Shown piece after piece: positions 56,420 to 64,000 of a stretch of DNA of 64,000 bases. Source of the DNA: Candidatus Dormiibacterota bacterium. GTDB taxonomy: Bacteria; Chloroflexota; Dormibacteria; Aeolococcales; Aeolococcaceae. Location of the stretch: contig CAWFUO010000010.1 in NCBI GenBank assembly GCA_963819095.1, positions 18,219 to 82,218 of the forward strand, read 5' to 3'. Position 1 is the first letter of the stretch; each line of letters starts with the position of its first letter. Under the pieces are notes generated by a model. That model did no database searches. It saw only the letters and a program-made list of their open reading frames with translations, and was not told the origin of the DNA. The translations under genes and the position numbers were made by a program.

Positions 56420-57019
56420 TTGATGGCTCCGTTTATTGATGGTGCGTCTCAGGGTTTGCATGGGTTTGCCCTCTCTAATCCTTGGCTGACGCCGATTGTT
56501 ATCTGGGGGACCGCTGCGTTTATCATCTTGTGCCCCGTTGGGTTTCTCGCGCTCTCGCTGTGGGAAGTGCGGTTGCGGCCGGGAGTCGCGGCGTTGCTGG
56601 GGTTGGGGGTGACGCAGCTCGTGTCGCACGAGTTGGGGCGGATCACGTATCAGGCGCGGCCGTTCGTGGTCATGCATTTCGTGCCGCTGTTCCCGCACCC
56701 GCCGAACAACTCGTTTCCTTCGAGCCTCACGGCGTTTGTCGCGGTGGCGGCGGTGATCGGCGTGCTGGCGTGGCGGCGGGTGGGGATCGTGTTTGTCGTG
56801 GGGATGGTCGTGGTGGGATTCGGGTGCGTGTACGTGGGGGTGCACTACCCGAGCGATGTGATCGTCGGCGCGGGAGTCGGCGTGTTGTGCGGCTGGGTGA
56901 TGTGGATCATCACCGGACTACCGCCGGTCGCGCGGGCGTTCAGCGTGCTGGAGCGCAGGCTCCCGCGGGCACGGCGACGTGGGGTGCCGCCGCGGGTGGC
57001 TGCTAGAGCAGCGAGCTGA
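56420..57019 (+). CDS. PAP2-family phosphatase (BcrC-like)
   Basis: RPF...SFPS, VYVGVHYPSDV; several TM helices. Confidence 0.85.
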   Translation: MMAPFIDGASQGLHGFALSNPWLTPIVIWGTAAFIILCPVGFLALSLWEVRLRPGVAALLGLGVTQLVSHELGRITYQARPFVVMHFVPLFPHPPNNSFPSSLTAFVAVAAVIGVLAWRRVGIVFVVGMVVVGFGCVYVGVHYPSDVIVGAGVGVLCGWVMWIITGLPPVARAFSVLERRLPRARRRGVPPRVAARAAS

Positions 57020-57557
57020 CCAGCGACTCGACCTGACTGAGCGTGGCCGGGGTGGAGGTCGCGCCGACCGACACGAGCGTCTGGCCCTTGGTTGCAACCA
57101 CGCCCTCGTTGTCCTTGCCGCCGCCCAGGGATTGGTAGAAGGATGTTGCCTGGTCGCCCAGGCCGGACACCGTTGCGACCGTGCCGACGAAGTGCGCGGT
57201 GAACTGCGAGATGTACGACGGGTTGATGTTGGTGAGCACCTCGACGATCACGTTGTCAGAGGATCCGTGGTAGTCGCAGACGATCCCGGTCGCTCCGGCT
57301 GGAAGCGAGGATGCCCCGGGCGGGGCGATCCCGACTGCGTCAGGGAGCCCCGGCGTTCCCAGGGCAGATGAGACGGTGCTCGCGGAAGGACAGGCGGCCG
57401 ATGCCGCGGTGGGGCTCGGCAGCGCGACCGTTGCGGTGGGTGCGGCTCCGCCGGCGGTTGGCGTCGTTACCGTGCCCGACGCACCGCCGCATGCGGCGAG
57501 CAGGGCGGCGAACCCCAGGGCGGTGACAGGAATCCAGGGCGACGTGGTGCGAGTCAC
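57003..57557 (-). CDS. Putative lipoprotein
   Basis: LAACG lipobox, T/P/A linker, Cys pair, VSGLGDQA. Confidence 0.75.
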   Translation of the reverse strand: MTRTTSPWIPVTALGFAALLAACGGASGTVTTPTAGGAAPTATVALPSPTAASAACPSASTVSSALGTPGLPDAVGIAPPGASSLPAGATGIVCDYHGSSDNVIVEVLTNINPSYISQFTAHFVGTVATVSGLGDQATSFYQSLGGGKDNEGVVATKGQTLVSVGATSTPATLSQVESLVSSLL

Positions 57558-57638
57558 TGGCGGCCTCCGATACCTCCCGGTCTAACCTCCCGTGGCGCAC
57601 TATGAGCGATCCCGGTGCCATTTGAGGAGGCTTTGACG

Positions 57639-57938
57639 ATGTCCGCCGAGCACGCCGATCCAGTACCCGGCCCGCAGAGCTCGAACGAGGAGCCGCAAGC
57701 GCATCTCACCGACACGCCGCGCGGCGGGGGATGGCGGATGTTCCGTGCCCCGGTCGAAGTGGAGGCGTACCTCAACCAGCTCTGGGTCCCGGTCTTAGTG
57801 GACGGGGTCGACGATGAGAGCGCCGAGATCTGGGCGCGCTGGCCACCCCGAGATACGCATCCCTCCGAGGACGTCCACCACGAGGTGATCGACGCGTCGC
57901 ACTATCGCCCGCCCAAGGATGGGTTCCCCGCGAGCTGA
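57639..57938 (+). CDS. Hypothetical protein
   Basis: GAGGAGG RBS and coding-like ORF. Confidence 0.6.
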   Translation: MSAEHADPVPGPQSSNEEPQAHLTDTPRGGGWRMFRAPVEVEAYLNQLWVPVLVDGVDDESAEIWARWPPRDTHPSEDVHHEVIDASHYRPPKDGFPAS

Positions 57939-57984
57939 CTGACGCGCTGTAAGGGGTGGACGCGCTGGGCGGCATATATAGGTC

Positions 57985-58572
57985 GTGATGAGCGACGCGG
58001 CATCGATCGCCGCGAGCCCGGAAGGGAAGGCGATGGCGAGCCATCCGGCCGGCGTGGTGACACGCGACGAGACCATGGCGCTCGACGACGTGTATGCCGC
58101 CGAGATCGGGCGGCTGGTCGCGCTTGGAACTGTCCTCTCGGGCGACGGCGCTGCCGGAGAGGACCTCGCTCACGACGCGTTTCTGCAGCTCACCCAGCGT
58201 GTCCAGCGCGAGCCCGACTATCTGCGCGCCCCGGCGTGGCCGCTCCTACGAACGATGGTGGTCCGGCTGGCGCTGCAACGACGCCGCGCCTGGGCGCGCG
58301 AACTCCGCCGCCTTGCCCGCGCCTGGCAACCCCCGCCAAGCGAGACCTGGGAGCCGAGTGCGGCGGCGATCGACTGGCACGCCGCCTTGCAGAGCCTGCC
58401 GCCCCGGATGCGCGCAACGGTCGTCCTCTTCTACGGGGAAGACCTCAGTACCGCGCAGACCGCGGCAGCGCTCGGTTGCTCGCCCCGAACCGTCGAGATC
58501 CAGCTGCGCGCAGCCCGGCACCGCCTCAGCGACCGGATGCAGTGGGACGAAACCCAGGAGGCCGAACGATGA
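57985..58572 (+). CDS. ECF sigma factor
   Basis: Region 2 (GEDLAHDAF) and region 4 (ALQSLPPRMRATVVLFYGEDLSTAQTAAALGCSPRTV). Confidence 0.9.
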   Translation: MMSDAASIAASPEGKAMASHPAGVVTRDETMALDDVYAAEIGRLVALGTVLSGDGAAGEDLAHDAFLQLTQRVQREPDYLRAPAWPLLRTMVVRLALQRRRAWARELRRLARAWQPPPSETWEPSAAAIDWHAALQSLPPRMRATVVLFYGEDLSTAQTAAALGCSPRTVEIQLRAARHRLSDRMQWDETQEAER

Positions 58573-59868
58573 CGCCGCTCACCTACGACGAACGCGCAAG
58601 CGCGCTCACCAAGACCCTGCTCGCGGATGCCGAGCGACTCCCGCGACGCATCCCAGATGCACGCACGGCCACCGCGCCGTGGAAAGCAATCGCAGTCTTC
58701 GCCGCGACGGTGGTTGTCATCGGCGGTGCGATCGCCGGCGTGTCGATCGCATTGCGCAGCGGTTCCTCGGCGCAGTCGGCGCCGGCAATCAACAACAGCA
58801 GCTGGACGTCGTTCGCGCTCAAAGGCGTCGTCGGCGGGCTCAGTGACGTCAGCTGCGCCAACTCCTCCTACTGCGTAGCGGTCGACCACGACGGACATCT
58901 GTGGGCCTCCACCAACCCTGGCGGCGGACCGGCCGCATGGAAAATCATCGCCAACTCAATGACCGGAGTGATCGTCCCGCGCGGCAAAGTCGGGGTCACC
59001 AGCGTCTCGTGTGCCGGCGACCCGTCGCGATGCGAAGCCATCGACCAGGGCGTGGTGGACACCCATTCTGGTGGCGGGCCCGGTTTTGCGATGAGGACGA
59101 TCCAAAATAGCGGCGGCGGGAGCGTGTTCAACACGATCGCCCTCGGGAATAACGCGTTCATCAATCGGATCTCCTGCGCCGGGACGCTCTGCGTGATGGT
59201 CGGCGGCGCCCAGGGTCATGTGCCCGGCGAGCCCACCGGCCCCGACGTGTCCGGCTATGTTTTCGCGTCGACAGTGTTCAACGGCATATGGGCCAACGCC
59301 GCGTATGGGAACGGCACGGAGCTACTGGGCACATCGGCGCTGACCACCGTCTCCTGTGCGAGCGCGTCGTTCTGCGTGGCAGCGGATACGTCTGGCGATG
59401 TGATCACCTCGTCGCATCCAGGCCCGATTGGGTCGAACCCGCTGCGCATGACGCTCGATCCGAGCGCATGGAAGGTCGCGCATGCTGTGGTGCCAGCCCC
59501 CGAACTCGTTCACGGCGCTCTCATGCCCGTCGGTAACGCTGTGCGTGGCCATCACCCGGCAGGGCGACGTCGTGACATCCACCGACCCGACCGGTGGCGC
59601 GAGGGCTTGGAAGGTCACGAGACTCGCGGGTGCGATGATGCTCGACAGCGTCTCGTGCGCAAGCCGAGCCTTCTGCGTGGTCGGTGGCGCGTCGGACTCG
59701 GTGTTCGTGTCCCACGACCCGGCGGGCGGGTCGTCTTCATGGACCGAGACGCGCGTGACCCCGCGGGGCTCCGAGGCCATCGTTGGTCTCTCGTGCCCGA
59801 GAGCGGGATTCTGTGTTGCGGTCGACGGCGATGACGGCGTCCATGTGTTGACGAAGCCGAGCACATAG
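58569..59868 (+). CDS. Putative anti-sigma factor: short cytoplasmic N-terminus, TM, extracellular Cys-repeat domain (apparent frameshift near 59490)
   Basis: ATGA overlap with the ECF gene; single TM; repeated VSCxSxxxCVA. Confidence 0.7.
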
Positions 59869-59892
59869 CCGACGAGTCACATACTTTGACCC

Positions 59893-60633
59893 GTGGTCGG
59901 CTCGCGATCCTTTGGTGACCTGGAACTCGTCGACGACGTGAGCCCGGCGAACTGGATCGTGGCAAGCGTGCGCAACTTCCAATACGACGTCGGGTCGCTG
60001 TTGCCGGTTACCTTCGAGGCGTATGCACGAGTGCTGCACCCCGCGTCGCGAGTCGCCGGCGGTAACAGCTCCGTCGATGTCGCATGGGCAGAGGTTGCAG
60101 CGGCAAATGGGCGCATCGCTCATGCGGCGATGGAGTGGGCCGCCATAACGGGCGACTGGAAGTTCGAGCATGACGCGACGCAGCCGGGTGTGTGGGATGA
60201 GCCGCCGTCGACCGGTTCACTCCCACCCCGAACAGCGATGAGCCTTGCCGAAGCGCTCGCACCCTTCACCACAACGCCGTTGAATTGCTGGTTCGGCGTG
60301 TGGGAGGGCTATGGCGACGCACCTGCCTTGACCCGGACGGTGCCGCTGATAGCGATGCCGCAACGGAAGATGGTCCTGCTGTGCGGTCCGCTGCAAGCCG
60401 CTGGGTCGGCATTCTCGCGGTTCGGATGGCCCGACAGCGCGAGCCTGTGGTGGCCGGACGACCACAGCTGGTGTGTCGCGACCGACATCGATCTGATGAG
60501 CACATACCTCGGCGGGAGCGCCGGCTGCATCGATGCGGTGGTCGCCGACAATCGACTGGAGGCGTACCCGGTCAGCGTCGATCAGACCGTCGACTGGACG
60601 AGCGACAAGCTCAATCCGACCCCCGAACCGTAG
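59893..60633 (+). CDS. Conserved hypothetical protein
   Basis: FEAYARVLHP, CWFGVWEGYG, LWWPDDHSWCVATDID motifs. Confidence 0.75.
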   Translation: MVGSRSFGDLELVDDVSPANWIVASVRNFQYDVGSLLPVTFEAYARVLHPASRVAGGNSSVDVAWAEVAAANGRIAHAAMEWAAITGDWKFEHDATQPGVWDEPPSTGSLPPRTAMSLAEALAPFTTTPLNCWFGVWEGYGDAPALTRTVPLIAMPQRKMVLLCGPLQAAGSAFSRFGWPDSASLWWPDDHSWCVATDIDLMSTYLGGSAGCIDAVVADNRLEAYPVSVDQTVDWTSDKLNPTPEP

Positions 60634-60637
60634 CCCC

Positions 60638-61087
60638 CTACGAATCCAGCGCCGCGACCAACTCCTCCTGGAGATATCCCAGGGCAATGAGCACGCCGTA
60701 CTCCGGCTTCTGCTTCGTCGCATCGGTGGCGGTGTCCTCCCAGCCGTCGCCCTCGATGCCGAGGATCTCGCCCGCCGCAACGCGCAGGTGATTGAACGCG
60801 CGGAGCCACGCGAGCGTCTGTGCCTCCGTGAGTGGCAGTGTGTCCTCGCCCGCGCTGAGCGCGTCCCGCACCATCGTGAGGTCCACCTCGCGGCCCTTCT
60901 CGATGTCAGGCCGGACCCAGCGGTCGTACTCGGCCTGGAGCTTGGCGTCGTCATATGCGCGCGGCGCCGACGCCAGGGGTGCGGCAAGACGCGGGCTCAG
61001 TGAATCGATGATCCCGATCAGCGCTTCACGTTCGCGCTTGTCGACCTTCACCTGAATCCGCCCGCGGCGACGGAGCACCTGGGCCAT
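60638..61087 (-). CDS. DUF2017-like protein
   Basis: PRAYDD...AWLRAFNHLR...LQEELVAAL; directly downstream of clpS. Confidence 0.75.
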   Translation of the reverse strand: MAQVLRRRGRIQVKVDKREREALIGIIDSLSPRLAAPLASAPRAYDDAKLQAEYDRWVRPDIEKGREVDLTMVRDALSAGEDTLPLTEAQTLAWLRAFNHLRVAAGEILGIEGDGWEDTATDATKQKPEYGVLIALGYLQEELVAALDS

Positions 61088-61107
61088 GTGCCGAGCCTTC
61101 CGGCGGC

Positions 61108-61419
61108 TCAGGGACGACCCAGGGTCGCCTGGAGCCCGAAGGAATGGAGCTGGGCCACCGACACCTCGGCCTGCTCGCGCGGCTGTGTGGCCACCACGGC
61201 ACGGCCCTCGTTGTGCACCTGAAGCATCAGGCGGGTGGCCGTCGCATGGTCGTAGCCGAAGAGCCGGCGCAGGACCAGCACCACGTACGACATGAGCGTG
61301 ATCGGGTCATTCCAGACCATCACGTTCCAGCCGAACTCGCGCTGGTCGCGTTCCTCGCGCCCGGGCGCTTTCGCCGGTGCCGGCGCCTTGGTGGGCGTGG
61401 GCGCGGAGGTGGTCGCCAT
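61108..61419 (-). CDS. clpS: ATP-dependent Clp protease adaptor ClpS
   Basis: VWNDPITLMSYV...LMLQVHNEGRAVV...LHSFGLQATL. Confidence 0.93.
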   Translation of the reverse strand: MATTSAPTPTKAPAPAKAPGREERDQREFGWNVMVWNDPITLMSYVVLVLRRLFGYDHATATRLMLQVHNEGRAVVATQPREQAEVSVAQLHSFGLQATLGRP

Positions 61420-61525
61420 GAGAGCTAGCGTAGCTCAGGTCCGGTCATCAGTACCACCGTCATCGGTCCCTTCCGCCCCCTTCTCAAGCTGCCGGGTGAC
61501 GGGGCTCCCGAAGGAGCGACGTCGC

Positions 61526-61741
61526 TCAGGCTGCGCGGAAGTCGACGACGCCCGCCCACGCGGACGGAGTCCGTGAAGGCTGGGCTGCAGGAGCCGTTGT
61601 CGGAGAGGCCACTCCATCGAGCACCGCTTGCAGCGGAAGCTCACAGTTGTGGCACACGATCCAGATGGGACCCGGCTCGCTCACTCGTCGTTCGAGACGA
61701 TGTCGCTCGCCGCATTCCTCGCAGGTGATGGTCACTCGCAT
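61526..61741 (-). CDS. Small zinc-ribbon protein (71 aa)
   Basis: MRVTITCEECG...IVCHNCE: two CxxC pairs. Confidence 0.6.
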   Translation of the reverse strand: MRVTITCEECGERHRLERRVSEPGPIWIVCHNCELPLQAVLDGVASPTTAPAAQPSRTPSAWAGVVDFRAA

Positions 61742-61992
61742 TTCGTTGCGCAGCGTCGCATGGGGATTGCGACGCCTCGCTGATGGCACTGTCGCGGGCG
61801 CGGCAACTCCCTGCAACGAATCGGCGAAAGGGGACCGATCTGCCTCTGGTGATACACTCGGCGAGATCGTGATGGCATCGGTGCAAACGCGCCAATTCAC
61901 GCCGCAGACACGATCATTTGAAGGCGAAAGCCCGCGACCCTGACCGGCGAGAGAGATTGATCTGAAGGCAGGAGTACGAGCAAAGGAGTGCA

Positions 61993-63567
61993 TTGACCCC
62001 GACGACGGCCCAGGAGCCTGAGACGCTCACCATGGAGGACCTCCTGCGGGAGGATCAGAATTCGATCAGGGCCCTGGCCCACGGTGACATCGTCGATGGT
62101 GTCGTCGTCCGCGTCGATCCCGACGAAGTCCTCGTCGACATCGGTGCGAAGAGCGAGGGAATCATCTCCAACCGCGAGCTGTCGGCACGCGGTGAGACGC
62201 CGGTCACCCTCAACTCCGGTGACCAGGTCAAGGTCTACATCATCCAGCCCGAGGATGAGCACGGCAACGTCGTTCTCAGCCTGCGCAAGGCGCGCGCGGA
62301 AGGCATCTGGCAGGCCGTCGCAGAGAAGGAGTCCGAGGGCGAGATCCTCGACGCCGAGGTGCGCGAGCAGAACAAGGGCGGGCTCATCGTCAACATCATG
62401 GGCCTGCGCGGATTCCTGCCCAGCAGCCAGGTGGCGCGCCAGTTCAGCGGCAACCTCATGGAGCTGGTCGGCACCAAGATCCCGGTCAAGATCCTCGAGG
62501 TCAACCGCAAGCGCAACCGGCTCATCGTGTCGCAGCGCGCCGCGCAGGATGAGGATCGCGCGCGCCAGCGCGAGGAGCTCTTCGAGAAGCTCAAGGTCGG
62601 CGACGTCATCACCGGCAAGGTGAGCGGCGTCACCTCGTACGGCGCCTTCGTCAACCTCGGCGGTGCCGACGGGCTCATCCACATCAGCGAGCTGTCGTGG
62701 GATCGCATCAACAACGTCAGCGACGTGCTGACCGTCGGCGACGAGGTGTCCGTCAAGGTCATCAAGCTCGACCCCGAGCTGTCGCGCATCAGCCTCTCGC
62801 TGCGTCAGATGTCGCAGGATCCCTGGGACACCATCGAGCAGCAGTTCCCGCCCGGCAAGGCGGTGCCGGGCATCGTCACCAAAACGAAGAAGTACGGCGC
62901 GTTCCTGCAGATCGCCGATGGCGTCGAGGGTCTGCTCCACATCAGCGAGCTCTCGTGGGATCACGTCGAACGAACCGAAGACGTCCTCAAGGTTGGCGAG
63001 GAGGTCGAGGTCATGGTGCTCAGCGCGGACAAGGTCCGGCGCCGCATCAGCCTCTCCCTGCGCCAGCTCCACGGCGGCGGTCCGACCGGCGAGGGCGACG
63101 AGATCACCCCGCCGTCCTATGACTACCCCGAAGAGGACGACGACGAAAACGATCACACCGTCGTCACCGCTGTGACCCCGATGGCCGCGGCGCTCACCGA
63201 CGCGGGCGTCGAGGGCACGTCACGCGCAGCGGTTGAGGGTGCGGTCGCGGCCGGCACCGCCACCGCCGAGGAGATCGCCGCCGACAACGCGCTCGCCGAC
63301 GACGCGGCCGCGTTCGACGAAGTCAGTGACGACGCCTCGGATGACGCATCCAGCGACGACGAGGCAGCCGCCGACGAGGAGGCCGAGGTCGACGCCGACG
63401 TCGAGGACCACGACGACGATGTCGAGTTCGAGCTGGAGGCAGAGGTCGAGGAGGCCGCGGACGCCGAAGAGACCGTCGCCGAGACGCCGGCTGCGACACC
63501 TGCCGAAGCCGCGCCTGCGCCGGCCACCGACGCCGGCGAGGCAGCAGCGGCCGACCCCGAGGCCTAA
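61993..63567 (+). CDS. rpsA: 30S ribosomal protein S1 with long acidic C-terminal tail
   Basis: Four S1 repeats (VDIGAKSEG, GFLPSSQ, YGAFV..DGLIHISELSW, EGLLHISELSW); AAGGAG RBS before TTG. Confidence 0.95.
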   Translation: MTPTTAQEPETLTMEDLLREDQNSIRALAHGDIVDGVVVRVDPDEVLVDIGAKSEGIISNRELSARGETPVTLNSGDQVKVYIIQPEDEHGNVVLSLRKARAEGIWQAVAEKESEGEILDAEVREQNKGGLIVNIMGLRGFLPSSQVARQFSGNLMELVGTKIPVKILEVNRKRNRLIVSQRAAQDEDRARQREELFEKLKVGDVITGKVSGVTSYGAFVNLGGADGLIHISELSWDRINNVSDVLTVGDEVSVKVIKLDPELSRISLSLRQMSQDPWDTIEQQFPPGKAVPGIVTKTKKYGAFLQIADGVEGLLHISELSWDHVERTEDVLKVGEEVEVMVLSADKVRRRISLSLRQLHGGGPTGEGDEITPPSYDYPEEDDDENDHTVVTAVTPMAAALTDAGVEGTSRAAVEGAVAAGTATAEEIAADNALADDAAAFDEVSDDASDDASSDDEAAADEEAEVDADVEDHDDDVEFELEAEVEEAADAEETVAETPAATPAEAAPAPATDAGEAAAADPEA

Positions 63568-63759
63568 GGCGCTGTCACCTCAGGCGACCACCGTTGCTGT
63601 TGTGCGCAGCGACGAGGCCGTTTCGACGTGGGCACCGGCCCGTATTTGCAAAGTTGCTTAGCTGTCCGCCGAGGCGGGTACTATTGGGGACGTTACAGCA
63701 GTGCCCGGGTTCTGACCCTTTCCATCCACGGGGGGGCCGGAGGGGCAATGGAGGCGGTT

Positions 63760-64000
63760 TTGTACCCGTTCGAGCGCTTCACCGAAAGGGCGAAGAAGGT
63801 GCTCACGCTTGCCCAGGAAGAGGCTGAGCGTTCGCATCACTCGTACATCGGCACAGAGCACCTGCTGCTGGGGTTGCTCCGTGAAGGAGAGGGACTTGCG
63901 GCCAAGGTCCTCAACAACCTTGGTGTCGAGATCAACAAGGTCCGCAGCACGATCGAGTCGGTGCTCGGTCGCAACGAGCGGATCATCATCCAGCAGATCA
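63760..64000 (+). CDS. clpC: ClpC-type Clp ATPase N-terminal domain (3' truncated by window)
   Basis: YPFERFTERAKKVLTLAQEEA...HSYIGTEHLLLGLLREGEGLAAKVL. Confidence 0.88.
   Translation, partial: MYPFERFTERAKKVLTLAQEEAERSHHSYIGTEHLLLGLLREGEGLAAKVLNNLGVEINKVRSTIESVLGRNERIIIQQI

Overview
High-GC bacterial chromosomal segment, mostly housekeeping. The gene order is monoderm/Terrabacteria-like: lepA-hemW-CIRCE-hrcA-grpE-dnaJ; pth-mfd-mazG-divIC-tRNA-Met...tRNA-Met-tilS-ftsH-pan/nad; clpS, rpsA, clpC. Ca. Dormibacterota/Chloroflexota affinity is only an inference. Many conserved genes carry single-base indels, densest in the first ~12 kb, most consistent with long-read consensus errors. No integrase, transposase or CRISPR array was seen. 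Main points of interest: (1) a ~7.8 kb accessory block between two tRNA-CAT genes with a WxL-like subunit, a DUF916-like anchor, a REC-HD-GYP-REC-LuxR fusion, a PAS hybrid kinase, a Cys-repeat secreted protein and a divergent ice-binding-like protein with a sortase-type tail; (2) a tRNA-CAT with non-canonical C33 directly upstream of a TilS reduced to its catalytic domain; (3) a pan-RNA-like hairpin hiding the pan operon RBS, and an in-frame mini-panD relic containing a perfect 29-bp palindrome; (4) an RNase Y homologue lacking the KH GxxG loop; (5) a ChlD/ChlI-like pair with no large subunit in the window; (6) a MITE-like structured element.
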